From Octopus bimaculoides (lineage: Eukaryota), in NCBI RefSeq assembly GCF_001194135.2, contig NC_068981.1, forward strand, positions 17,277,398-17,341,397: a DNA stretch of 64,000 nt, read 5' to 3'. The position numbers were made by a program, and so were the translations under genes. This document shows positions 26,134-38,665 of this stretch, piece after piece. Numbering within the stretch: position 1 is the first letter of the stretch; each line of letters opens with the position of its first letter. Under the pieces are notes generated by a model. That model saw only the letters and a list, made by a program, of their open reading frames with translations. It was not told the origin of the DNA and made no database searches.

Positions 26134-26383
26134 TTGGGTTGGCGCAAAATTTTTGCGGCTTTTTTTCGACAAATTTTATTCAAGAAAAACAATAACAATA
26201 TTTAACAAAAACATCTTTAAATGACGGTCTGACTGTCTACCAAGCAAATGGGAATCAGTAATTGAAGTAGATGGTGAATATGCTCCAGAATAATCATTTA
26301 AAGATATTTTTGCTATATGTTGTTATTGTTTTGTTGAATAAAATTAAGTGATAAAAAGCCGCAATAATTATGCACCAACCCAA
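26134..26383 (+). mobile_element. 250-bp mariner-derived MITE
   Basis: TIRs TTGGGTTGGCGCAAAATTTTTGCGGCTTTTT / AAAAAGCCGCAATAATTATGCACCAACCCAA extending ~90 bp; TA flanks; core encodes LPSKWESVIEVDGEYAPE*. Confidence 0.9.
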
Positions 26384-29300
26384 TATTTAGATAAAACAAC
26401 ATTTTTGATAGTTTTTTTTTATTTCATCATATATAAAAAAAAATATATTGTTTATAATTTATATCATGGAACATTATTATTTGTTAGTCAAGTTTTTATA
26501 GACATTTTAAAATTCTTCAGAACTTGTTAGGAACCACTTGTTATTCCCCCAGATAGAATATGTCTTCTAATTTTATATATTTTCGTTTAATATACACTGT
26601 GTATTGTGTGTTGGCAAACTGTTCGACAATTAGTCACATGGCTTGGATTTCACTGTGTGTTAGTCTGTAAAGCATAGGTTTAGAGAAACTAACTAATCAA
26701 ATAAGGATTAATGTAGCTTCTCACTATGCGCGGTTTATATAGCTGAGTGATGTTAATATTAACAGATGGCAAACAAAATCGCTAGAGCAAAGATAATGCT
26801 TCGTGAAAGTGTTCACAGCTGCCCAGGGCTCATTTACAGGAACGAAATGCTCCATTCTCTACTGCTTATTTCCTCTCAAGAGCTCCTACGAAATTGTTGG
26901 TGAATCAATTTATCAGAAATACGGGTGCGAGTGAATATTTGGACATGTGTTATGAAATGAGAAAATAACCCATTAAGAGATCTCGTAGTGAAATCATGTC
27001 GTTGTTTTGTTTCGTTTTGTTATTTTCATTCTATACGCATATTAATAGAGGTGTAGTTATTTTTGCATATAGAAATCAATTAACATGTGTAAACAGTAAA
27101 GTGAAAGAAATGCGGGATGTCTTTCAGCTAACATTTACAGAGTTTGATAACATTAGAAAACTCTATAAAGCATGTATGAATAAATAAATGTTGGCGCAAT
27201 AAAAGATTAAAATATTAAGTTGATGTCACTAAAACATACCTCTATTACACAAATGCTAGATTTCGCAGTGATAAATGTTATCTACTCCAACGACGGGCTT
27301 ACGTCAATGACACGATAGTACACTTCCTTTTACCTCTTACTCTATACTGAAAATGAACAGTTTCTATAAACAGAAATCTCGTCTTTCCAAACAATTATGA
27401 AGACACGACACCCCTACTGCCATCACCAGCACTAAATCACTCCCATTCTATATCTAAAATAAGCAAATCACAATTACTACATATGCTTATGTAAAATTTA
27501 CATGTAACCTACAAGCCATTGATGGGGAAGGCCACCACCTGATACAAATAGTTGATCAGATATTTCTAGCACTTATTTACAGCTTTGAGAACTGGGATAT
27601 ATGAAAGTTAAGTGTTTCTGTGAAGATCTTTCTGTTTACAACCCTACACACTTACCACACGGCCAGTTACGGCTGTCAGTAAACGCTAAAAAATTCCTGA
27701 AAAATTTATCATCTTATTAGATGTTAAGAATACCAGTAAATTCTGGAAATATCAGGAAAATTTCATTCAAATCATACCTTACTGTATTAAGAAGAGAAGA
27801 ATACACTGAATAGTCCTAGATACATGGTGTGTAAAAGGAAGACGGGATAACGACACTTAATCGTTGAGATGCTGAAGACAAACACTTACTGAACAGACTC
27901 CACGTGTTCATCATTACTAAGATAGCTTTAACAAGTTCGGTCTTCTTCAGGACTTGAAAATATTTCAGCTCTAATCTGCAATTATTCTTTTAGAAACGTT
28001 TCACATTAGAATACTGAAAACAATGGCGAAAAGTTTCTTCAAATGGCATTCAAGAGAAACGAAAATCCTTGATATGCAAATTATCACAGAGTATTATTCT
28101 CCTTCCTCTGACCTTTTATTCAACTGGTTCAGTCCCTGCCTATTTTAGAGCCATTACAATGTCCTCAGATTCTAACGTACTTTCTTCTATTGTAAATGCT
28201 CTCAGTACTCTGATCTCTTCTCAGCTTTTCCGTTTGTGTTTCAGTCCATCACACAGTCAAACCGGAACTTCATTCTATTAGAACTTCCTTCCAGTCAGTG
28301 TTTCCATACACTTTCATACTCAGTTATTGTACTCTTTCAATAATTAATCCGTAAATAAATTGTTAAATAAAAGAATGCAGAACAGAAACCATAGCAATGC
28401 GGAATAATACAGTTCCAAATTATAAAATTGAAAATATTGACATAAATATTCTACTTCGAAAACATTCCAAGAAAAACTTTGAATTATAATTTTAATTTCA
28501 CAAACAACGTTATGAAAGATATCTCATGGAAGCTCTGGGCTAGCTGAAACCATACAATTGTAGTGTTAATGAAACTGATCAAATCTAAATAATAAAAAAA
28601 GAAGTCTTGTTCAACATATTAGCGGCTATATTGCAATGTGTCTATCAAATTTGAAATCCTCTGTTATTAATTTGATTATATACTTTTTCTTCCAGAAAGA
28701 TTAGAGGCAAGGTCGAAAGAACATCAAGAGAACAAACCGAATTAAAAAAAAATAAAAAAGTATAGATGATAAAAGACTATACTGGAATTAAACTAAGGTT
28801 ACGGGTGGAACACATAATCGATTAGTTTCTAACTGAACATCTTCAAAAGTTCTGGAAACGTTTAATAGTGTATACATATGTAGGTATTTACTACCGTGTG
28901 TATAGTTTGACGGTGCCACTATGATTATACTGTTTTTTTAAAGCCTGGTGTTTGTTAAGTTCCATGATCTAGTAATTAGGGTGTGGTCTTACGATCATAA
29001 AGTGGAGTGCTCTGTCCTCAGGTACATTACATCATTTCACGTAGCTTCAAAATAAAATGACTGCCTAATATGAATAGAAGGCGCAGGAGCGTGGTAATAT
29101 TTCACCGTCACTGAAGATCTATCATGGTGGAGGCACATTGTCAACACAACAGCACTCGCACACACACACACACGCACAACATAACAGCACACACACACAC
29201 ATACACAACAATAATAACAACTTTATAAAACTCAGATGAGATCAGCATTGAAGTATTGCGCCCATATTTTGGATGGTGCTCTCAACCAAAGAACAGCCAC

Positions 29301-29782
29301 CTGACTAACGTGAAGTCCCTCGCCAATACACTCCACCCACCAACATTTTGTCTTTCCTTTCTACCACTAATACAATAGCCTTTGCTCATTGAAACTGGTT
29401 GATCACGTGCCACCTTCCCTCAGCCAATCCCGACTTGCTTATCTGTCTTCTCGTTACTTATGTTGTGCCGTGTTCCCAGACATTGCACTACATGCCTTCT
29501 TCACCAGAACGTTTTGCATGTGTTTTTCTTGTTTGTTTGTTTGTTTTTCTTTCTTTTTCTTTTGCAGCAGTCGGCTTGTAACTTCGGAGGGTACGTTTAC
29601 AGCACTGATATCATCAATCACGAAGGGTCAGCGAAGACCAAGGCTACATCTATCCCCAGCCCAAGATCGTCGTTAGAGTTAAGAAGATTACAGAGAAACA
29701 TTGTGCAAAGGCAAAATTTATAGAGTCTTGGGAGGCGAGCACAGCAAGCCTGGGGAAGGAGGTGATATTATAAAAGGTAAAA

Positions 29783-29996
29783 TGGCGATGAGCCGACAGA
29801 ATCGTTAGTACACCAGACAGAATGCTTAGCGGTATTTGTTCGTCTTAATGTTCTTAGTTCGAATTCCGCCAAGGTTGACTTTGCCTTTCCTCTTTTTGGA
29901 GTCGATAAAGTAAGTACCAATCAAACACTGAGGTCGATGTAATCGACTTATTCCTTCCCCCTAAATGGCTGGCCTTGTGTCAAAATTCGGAACTAA
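29783..29996 (+). mobile_element. Family A SINE (short-tail variant)
   Basis: CAGAATCGTTAG...TAGTTCGAATTCCGCC...GTCGATAAAGTAAGTACC...GGCCTTGTG. Confidence 0.85.
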
Positions 29997-30639
29997 TGTT
30001 AGAAAAGGTTAGCGATTCAAGTGTAGATTTGGAGGCTTGGTATATATATTTAGTAATTTCAAAGGAATAGAGACTGTGGTAGCTGTGATGCACGAGGCAA
30101 AGTGAGGACACGATTTGGTATTAGCCTAGTTGTTGTGGTAATATCTGCGAGTAAATACTTTCTTATTGTGCAGCTCACTTTCATTTGTATGTTGTCTGCA
30201 TTGTGTTGAGTTACTGTGCCGGTCAAACGTCCAGTTTTACAGAAAAGAAATTAATTAGAACCTTTAATAAAACATTAATAGTGTCAGGTTGGTAAGAGTC
30301 AACCAAGAGGAAATGACATCGATTCTGATAGATTTGTAGCCATCGAATAAGAATTAGTTGTTCGTAGATAAATAATTCAACTAAGTTCGGAAATGGCAGA
30401 AGGCAATTTAGAAGGAATGGAGAAACCTGCAAAGACTGTATAATTGCTCTGGTGTTCTTAATAAATCTATAGAGTATAGATATCATATATTTATTACTTA
30501 ATCAGCTTTAGTCTGCACTGATAAGGTCTTGACTGCCCTTCGGGCTTTCATTAAAACTGTTTCCTTTACAAACACGTAACCGAACTTATTCTTATACTCT
30601 CTGTCTTTCTTCTCTTTTTCACTTCTCTCTCTCTTTCTC

Positions 30640-30697
<58 letters not shown>

Positions 30698-31250
30698 AAT
30701 CTTTAGTTAAATATATTCAATGAGAATATTATAAACTGGATTTATATTGAGTACTCTATTGTATCGAAATATTAATACTATTAAAGTATTTATGTATTTG
30801 ATACGAGCGATTATAAATATTTTATAATATATTATTATTAATATCAGGAAATCAATATTAGAAAATTCTTCAGAAAGATATATACGTGTGTAAAATAACT
30901 GTTGTATTAAAAATATAAATATATATAAATATATGTAAATATAAGAATAAATATATAATGTATATGACAATTATATGTATAAAAATAAAAATATAAAAGA
31001 AATATTTTGACCAATTTATAATTTTATAACTTCACATATAATTTCACATATAATTTTATTTTATATTATTTAAGTCTATAAACTATATTTGGAATACAGG
31101 ATAATATAATGGATTTTATACATAATTATTATGGATTACTACAGAAGAATTACCAAGGAGGCATATATGAATTTCAAGATTGTCATACTAAAGTCGTTTT
31201 ACCAAAATCAAAAGCAGTAATTTTTAATTTATATTTCAAACAAACACCAT

Positions 31251-31460
31251 TTTCCCGGTTTCTATGGCGTATGCGTTCCCCAGCTGGACGGGACGCCAGT
31301 CCATCGCAGCGTTACTCATTTTTGCCAGCTGAGTGGACTGGAGCAACGTGAAATGAAGTGTTTTGCTCAAGAACACAACGCGTCGCCCGGTCCAGGAATT
31401 GAAACCACAATCTTACGATCATGGTGCTGACACCCTAACCACTAAGCCATGCGCCTCCAC
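31251..31460 (-). mobile_element. Family D tRNA-derived SINE inserted in the fold-back element
   Basis: rc: GTGGAGGCGCATGGCTTAGTGGTTAGG (A-box), GGTTTCAATTCC (B-box), TGTTCTTGAGCAAAACAC, GCGATGGACTGGCGTCCCGTCCAG. Confidence 0.9.
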
Positions 31461-31750
31461 GCTTATCAATATAGGATTCCGTTATTCTATATTATCTAAG
31501 TCCATGAACTATATTTGGAATACAGGACAATATAATGGATTTTACACATAACTATTTTGGAGTATTACAAAAGACTTACCAAGGAAGCATATATGGATTT
31601 AAAGACTCTCATTCTAAAGTGTACTTACCAAAATCAAAAGCAGTAATTTTTAATTTTTAATTTATATTTCAAACAAATACTATTTTATCATATTACTTCA
31701 TATTTTTAAAAAAACTACCATTCGATATATTATACAAAATTCAAATTTTA

Positions 31751-31842
31751 TATCTCTGAAGAGCAGAAGAGTTGTCTATAAATGCTTATCAATATAGAAT
31801 TCCATTATAGGGACTGCACTTCTGCGAAACGATCGTAAGATG
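31751..31842 (+). ncRNA. Type I hammerhead ribozyme with palindromic minimal stem III
   Basis: Stem I TATCT/AGATG; CTGAAGA (31756-31762); stem II GCAGAAG/CTTCTGC; GAAA (31826-31829); stem III AC-gatc-GT; GUA cleavage triplet, cut after 31837. Confidence 0.85.
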
Positions 31843-32016
31843 CTTTAAAAACTTAATTCAAACTTTTAAACTGTCATAAATATTATATATTTATACTTAT
31901 ACATATTTACATATATTTATATATATTTATATTTTTAATACAACAATTATTTTACACACGTATATATCTTTCTGAAGAATTTTCTAATATTGATTTCCTG
32001 ATATTAATAATAATAT

Positions 32017-32054
<38 letters not shown>

Positions 32055-32391
32055 TTGCCCCTTGGTTTATACACGTTCATGAATTTAGTTTTAATTCTAG
32101 CTTTCATTAGCTCTCTTCGATTGTGGGTCCTCCTTATTACCACAGTACCCATATGTGTGTATGTGTGTGTGCGTGTGTGTGTGTGTGTGTGCGTGCGTGT
32201 GTGTTTGCGTGTGTGCGTGTGTGTGTATAAGGGTGGTACATATACACACTATTATTATTCCCGTTTCAATAAATAATTCTTTAAATATCATTTGTCATTT
32301 TTAATAAGAGTCTTATTAAAGCGCACCTTCTTCAGCTTGCGCGATGATTCGTGGAATCAACTTGATGCGTAAACCAAGTGACAATTGCAGG

Positions 32392-32428
<37 letters not shown>

Positions 32429-33139
32429 CCCTAATAGAACACTTCGAATTTATTTTTCATTAACTTTCTTAAGACAGTTATCTATTTCTCTGTATTATAT
32501 AAAATGGCTGTTTCGTTTCTTTGTTCATGCCTGGTCGATTTTTATACCAACTACTCGTGATGTCAACAACAGTTAGTTATGGTATGGCTACAAGTCTTCT
32601 GAGCTTGATAGCTAAATACATTATACGAGCTTGAAAGATGCAATATAATTTTGGCAAGCTTTTCCTTGAAAAAGAATTTAAAACCCTCTTTTCCCCTGAC
32701 ATTCGTGCCCCTTCCCACTGTCAGGTCATTTTAGTGTTATATGCATTGATATCGTTATGAAATTTTATTATTTTCCATAAAAAGAAACACAAGTGTTCGT
32801 TACTAACTAAATTACTCGGGTTAAATGTACCAATTATGTTCAAAAATAATTGTGAACTTAAACTGGTTTCATAAAAGAACTATAACTGATTTAATCATTC
32901 ACTTACAAAAATGGTATTTCGCACACAATAAAAGATTCTTACTTGAATATATTATAGAATTTTCTCTTCAAAACTATTCTATTTACATAAAAAATACTCA
33001 TAAAATCTAAAATATAGAGGTTTAAAATTAGTTATTAAGCCACAGTTATGCTTTTATGTGGTTTTTTACGATGAAGCTTACTAAATAGGCACGTTAAATT
33101 TAGGATGGTGGTTTGGTAGTAATGTTTGATCGTGGGATA

Positions 33140-33605
33140 AAAATTCTTTACAGTATTTGTCCGGGCATTAGGTTCTGAGTTCGAATAACACCGAGGTCAA
33201 CTTTGTCTTTCATCCTTCTGGAATTCATAAAATAACAAACCAGTGAAATACTGAGATGGATGTCATCGACCAAACTTCTTCCAGAGGTTTCAGAGAACGC
33301 GGTGGAAACTTTTCAAAAATATTTCTAAAAGTACCCTCATCCATTCAACTATTTTCATGACTCAAATCTATTTTCTATTTACTGTTGATTATTTGGTTTC
33401 AGATTTTGGCACAAGGCCAGCAAGTTTGAGGAAGGGAGTAAGTCGATAATGTCGACTCTAGTACCCAATTGGTACTTATTTTATCGACCCCGAAAGAACG
33501 AAAGGTAAAGTTGACCTCGGCCGAATTAGAACTCAGAACGTGAAGATGAAAAAAAAATATTAAGCATTCTGTCCGGCGTGTTTGCGATTCTGCCAGCTTG
33601 TCTCC
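33140..33605. mobile_element. Two oppositely oriented family A SINEs (33140-33270 +, 33395-33605 -)
   Basis: GTTCTGAGTTCGAAT...CTTTCATCC on +; TTTATCGACCCCGAAAG...GAACTCAGAACG on -. Confidence 0.8.
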
Positions 33606-34234
33606 CCTGGCCCATGTACTTATATTAGAAACAAATATATCTGTGACAAAAAAATGTTCCATCTTCGTTTAAGTTGTTTTCCTCTTCCCTGCTTTTGGGA
33701 GGTTTTTTTTCAATTTACAAAGTTATTCGTTGCTGTCATTGTGGTAGGAAACACTTGAATTGGAGTAAACAACAGCAAATAGACAATAGATTTGAGTTAT
33801 GAAAATGGTTGAATGGAGCAGGATACTTTTAGAAAAATTTTTGAAAAGTTTTCACCGTTTCCTCTTTCTGGAAATCACCGCTTTCAATCCCGCTGTCCCA
33901 TATTGTTTATTCATCCGGAATCTGAAACAATCGATTTAAAGTCGATCACATATCATCACTTGTACCTTAGAAGCAATTGTTTAATTGTCTTCTTCATGAT
34001 CCGTTGAGTTAACGACCATCTGAAGCTGTTTACATATTAAGTAGAAACATTTTTTATGATACTACGTAGATCTAATTGCGTAAGCATCAGAGATGTTGCT
34101 GTCTGGAACGTGATTGAAGGGCAACAGTAGACTTAGTGTTGCTGATTTGTCAATTTCAATAATTTTATATAATAACAGTGTTACACAAAGAGCTTCAAAC
34201 AGAGTAGCATCTAATGTAGAGACACAACAGTAGC

Positions 34235-34616
34235 TAAGGTGGTGGATTTCATCTGAAGAACCTGCTCACGAAATTAATGCGCAAGTGACTGAGCACTCCA
34301 CAGACGCACGTAACCTTAATGTAGTTCTCGGAGATTCCGCGTGACACAGCATGACACAGAATGTGATAAAACTAGTCCTTTGAAATACGCGTGCTATTCA
34401 TTTTTGTTGTGAAATATATATTATATATACATGTGTGTATATATGTGCATGTATGTATGTATATATGTATTATATCTTGTTTCAATCGTTGAACTGCGAC
34501 CATGCTCGGGCACCGCTTGGAAGGGTTTAATCGAACAAATCAAATTCGAATACTCATTTTTTAAAGCCTGATACTTATTCTATCGTTTGCTTTTTGCCGA
34601 ACTGCAATGTATATAT

Positions 34617-34640
<24 letters not shown>
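34235..34640 (-). mobile_element. Family C SINE fragment (34235-34400) and family B 3' half (34480-34590)
   Basis: GCAAGTGACTGAGCACTCCACAGAC; CTGCGACCATGCTCGGGCACCGC...ACTTATTCTATCG. Confidence 0.7.
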
Positions 34641-34663
<23 letters not shown>

Positions 34664-35528
34664 ATGCCCCTATTGCTAAATCAGTGAATTCCAATCTCAC
34701 CACCTCACTTTATGTTAATACATTTCAGCTAGAGAGAGTGATTGATGCTTTTAAATCTTTTAACTATTTCATACCAATCTTTGGTATCAATCGACGTCAC
34801 GTACAGATCGATTTAGCTGTGGTTTAACAACAAACTAACATTAGCCAGTTGCAATGGGATGAAATTCTACCATTTGAGAATAACTAAAGCAAACAACGAA
34901 ATGATATGCACGGAGAAATAACCAAGTTTTATTTCTTTGTAGAATATTCTTGCCTGAAGGAGAATTTAGCTAAAGAAACCTCAAAAGTTTGTAAGAAATT
35001 ATTTTTGAAATTCGTCAAAATCTTTAGAGGCAGGATTTTATTTTCATAAATCAAAACAACTCGGAATTTCTTTTTATCATTATTATTTTTTTCGTAATAT
35101 CGCCGTCAGCTAAAGACGCCCCGGAGTCGTAGAGTAAATGGCAAGAATTATAAACTATATTTGAATTTTGTGAAAGAAATCTTAATGAAATTTAATATGA
35201 TGAAAATTTCCTGGTCTGTTTTATGGAATTTTTAAATAAATATTATAATGATTTTTATAAATATTATTGTTGTTTTTGAGGAAATTCAAATTGAAAACAT
35301 CTTATTTAAGTTTACGCAAATTTATTAAATATTTGAGGTATTCATGATTAAGTTCAAAAGTATTTTCTAAACTAAGATGAGGTGGTTTTTGATATGCATG
35401 ATTTCTTCCCAGGGGAAATAGTCATGCAAATTAATTTGATTTTAAATAAGAATCTAGACTGCGTTGTGTACTTCACAAGTTAGAGAGTCACGTGTCTCGC
35501 AACAGATGTTGAAATATTTTCATTACTA

Positions 35529-35980
35529 AGACAGCGAGCTGGCAGAATCGTTAGCACGCCGGGCGAAACGCTTATCAGTATTTCGTGTGCCGTTACGTTC
35601 TGAGTTCAAATTCCACCGAGGTCGACTTTGCCTTTCATCCTTTCGGGGTCGATTAATTAAGTACCAGTTACGCACTGGAGTCGATGTAATCGACTTAATC
35701 CCTTTGTCTGTCCTTGTTTGTCCCCTCTATATTTAGCCCTTGTGGGCAATAAAGAAATAAGAAACGTTAGCACGCCGGGCTAAATGCTTAGCGGTATTTC
35801 GTCTGTCTTTACGTTCTGAGTTCAAATTCCGCCGAGGTCGACTTTACCTTTCATCCTTTCGGGATCAATAAATTAAGTACCATTTACGCACTGGGGTCGA
35901 TATAATCGACTTAATCCGTTTGTCTGTCCTTGTTTGTCCCCTCTGTGTGTAGCCCCTTGTGGGCAGTAATGAAATAAGAA
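35529..35980 (+). mobile_element. Family A SINE dimer (long+long)
   Basis: Two ~225-bp units joined at GAAATAAGAA|ACGTTAGCACGCC (~35763). Confidence 0.95.
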
Positions 35981-35981
35981 T

Positions 35982-36739
35982 CGATAAGGAACAATGACTA
36001 TCTTCGACGTGTTGCGTTCTCTGACGGGGAAACTTTTCACATATCAGGAAAAGTTAACACACACAATGTAAGGATACGGGCATCGGAAAACCCACACGCT
36101 GTTGTAGAGCACAAAAGAGACAACTGTAAGGTTGATGTCTGGTGCTACCTAATAATGCATGACAAGGTCATTGGACCTTTCTTTTTTTTTTGCTGAGTTC
36201 ACTATTTCAGCAAACGTTTACCAGGACATGCTGGAACATTATGCTGCACCCCAGCTTGAGGAATTTCAGCCATCCATAGTTTTCCAAGATGGAGCTCCTC
36301 CACACTGATGCTTATGTGTCCGTCAACTTTTGAATAAAACCTTTCCAAACAGGTGGATTGAGAGAGGTGGACCAACACCATGGCCCCGACATTCACCAGA
36401 CATTACCCCACTAAACTTTGGTAGGGCAGGTATCTCAAGGACAAAGTGTACAGTACACCACCAGTTCACGATCTTCAATCTCTAAAGGCCTGGATTGCTG
36501 AAGCAATCTCATCAGTAACAACTGATATGCTTCAGAACACATGGCGTGAAATTGAATGTCAATTAGATGTGCTCCGAGTCACAAAAGGGGCCCAGGTTGA
36601 AGTTTACTGAATTTCATTTTATGTGAATAAAAACTTCTAGGCAGACGCGTTAAGTGTACCAAAATCTGTTTTTGTATCTTGAAAATTTTTTTTGTTCAGT
36701 AAAGGTTTATAATCAGGGAAAGACTTTGTAATCACCCTG
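35982..36739 (+). mobile_element. 5'-truncated rosa-like (DD41D) Tc1/mariner element
   Basis: AFSDGETFHISGKVNTHNVRI; DGAPPH-(41 aa)-SPDITPLN(D)F; KDKVY; right TIR ...GTAATCACCCTG plus TA. Confidence 0.88.
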
Positions 36740-36747
36740 TATATATA

Positions 36748-37145
36748 TAGGCGCAGGTGTAGCTGTGTGGTAAGAAGTTTGTTTTCCAGTCACATGGTTC
36801 TGGCTTCAATCCTCCTGTGTGGCACGTCGGGCAAGTATCTTCTCCTATAGCGTCGAACTGACCAAAGCATTTTGAGTGGTTGTGGCGGTTGAGGGGAAAC
36901 TGAATGAAGACCGTCGCATTTATATGTGTGTGTGTGCGCGTGTATGTCTTTCTCCACCACCACTGCTTCACAACCAGCGTTGATGTGTATACATACCCGT
37001 ATTTTAGCGGTTCGGTAAAAGAGACCGATAGAACAAGTACGTGGCTTAAAAATTAAGTACCGGAGTCAAGGCGTTCAAGTAAAATTCTTCAAGACAGTGC
37101 CCCAGTATGGTCGCAGTCTAATGACTGAAAAAGTAAATGATAAAA
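36748..37145 (+). mobile_element. Family B SINE
   Basis: GGTGTAGCTGTGTGGTAAGAAG head; GGCACGTCGGGCAAGTATCTT; GAGACCGATAGAACAAGTAC; CAGTATGGTCGCAGTCTAATGACTGAAA tail. Confidence 0.85.
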
Positions 37146-37232
37146 GATATATATAAACTGTTTTAATTAAAGATTTTTCGTATTTTCTCATTCGCCCTCT
37201 ATATTTTGTTCTGGATGATTACTATACTTATA

Positions 37233-37617
37233 GTGGAGACGCAATAGTCCAGTGGTTAGGGCAGCGGACTCGCGGTCATAGGATCGCGGCTTCGATTCCC
37301 AGACCGGGCGTTGTGAGTGTTTATTGAGCAAAAACACCTAAAAGCTCCACGAGACTCCGGCAGAGGATGGTGGCGAACCCTGCTGTACTCTTTCACCACA
37401 ACTTTCTCTCACTCTTACTTTCTATTTCTGTTGTACTTGTATTTCAAAGGGCCAGCCCTGTCACACTGTGTCACGCTGAATATCCCCGAGAACTACATTA
37501 AGGGTACACGTGTCCGTGGAGTGCTCAGCCACTTGCACGTTAATTTCATGAGCAGGTTGTTCCGTTAATCGGATCAACTGGAACCCTCGACGTCGTAAGC
37601 GACGGAGTGCCAACAAC
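37233..37617 (+). mobile_element. Full-length family C SINE with 13-bp TSD
   Basis: tRNA-like head with A/B boxes; 3' end GACGGAGTGCCAACAAC; ACTATACTTATAG at 37221-37233 and 37618-37630. Confidence 0.95.
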
Positions 37618-38069
37618 ACTATACTTATAGTTGAAAGAACTATTATATAATACACATGATAACGCTTATTATTGCTGTAAAGGATAGCTGAAGCGGTGTT
37701 CCTGAGAACTTGGTTCCAATACGTTGAGGATCGCAGTTTTGATCCACGCTGGAATGAATTAATATTATTAAAGCTGGTGACATCTCTCACAACACAAACG
37801 TTCTTCATACAAGACTTCTTTTAAGAATAAATATATTCTCATACAAGTCTATACTTACAATGATTTCCGTAATTTTCTTCACTTCTTTGATTGCCATTCT
37901 TATAACAGCTGGAGTAGACTCACAGAATTCCATAAACTCTTTGAAGCCAAACAAGGCAACTTATGATCTCGCTAATAATTGTCTCACATTAAGATTCCTG
38001 CGCGACTTCAAATCGCCGTATATTGTTGAACATTACAAGCCACTGACGTAACCACATACGCCACCACCA

Positions 38070-38470
38070 CTAACACCTCCACACCACCTCCATCGTAAAT
38101 AACCTCACTGCCATCAGCACCACCATAATTGACCTCACTACCATCAACATCACCAATGCACGCGCATCACCCCACCAATATCATCGTCTACACCAACTTC
38201 TCCAATCACCACCGCCAACACCTTCATCACCACTGCCAACACTACCAGCACGACGACACCACTACTAACACCATCACCGCTACCGACAACAACAACAGCA
38301 GCAGCAGCGACAACAACATGTCTACGACCACCATGTACACCGCCAACCCCACTATAACGACCACCGTCACCACCATCTCTACCAAGAGAATCACTATCAC
38401 TGCCACCAACATTACCATCCCAAGCACCACCGTCGTAATCAGCAACACCACCAACGCCACCACGTATTTG
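38070..38470. repeat. Degenerate (CAC/CAA/CAT)n low-complexity tract
   Basis: Trinucleotide periodicity; gives the Thr/His-rich ORF. Confidence 0.85.
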
Positions 38471-38544
38471 TTCAGTCTGCTAAAAATAGCCGACAAATCT
38501 CCCTCAAACAACACCGTACCCTATAAATTATTATAGGAGGGACA

Positions 38545-38665
38545 TATTGAACAAAAGAGTCCAAGATACACAGTGTCTGGAATGAAAGATGGAACAGTGA
38601 TGGCTGCAATGCCTTTGATCAAAGGTGCGTTCGATCGGGGCTGATGCAGTTCTAAACAACAATAA
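38545..38665 (+). mobile_element. Old SINE-like 3' tail family (similar pieces at ~24590-24680, ~49850-49930, ~55585-55645)
   Basis: Shared motif GATGG..ATGGCT..AATGCCTTTGATCA..GGT...GCTAAACAAC followed by (CAA)n. Confidence 0.5.

Larger units (their letters stand above)
30822..32023. mobile_element. ~1.2-kb fold-back element (long AT-rich inverted arms, internal direct repeats, hammerhead ribozyme); probably Penelope-related non-autonomous element
   Basis: Arms 30822-30968 and 31872-32023 are near-perfect reverse complements; direct repeats 31063-31252 and 31489-31685; hammerhead at 31751-31842. Confidence 0.7.

Noticed and set aside
38129-38536. Thr/His-rich mucin-like ORF
   Set aside because: Degenerate CAC/CAA repeat; no signal peptide, domain or splice support.
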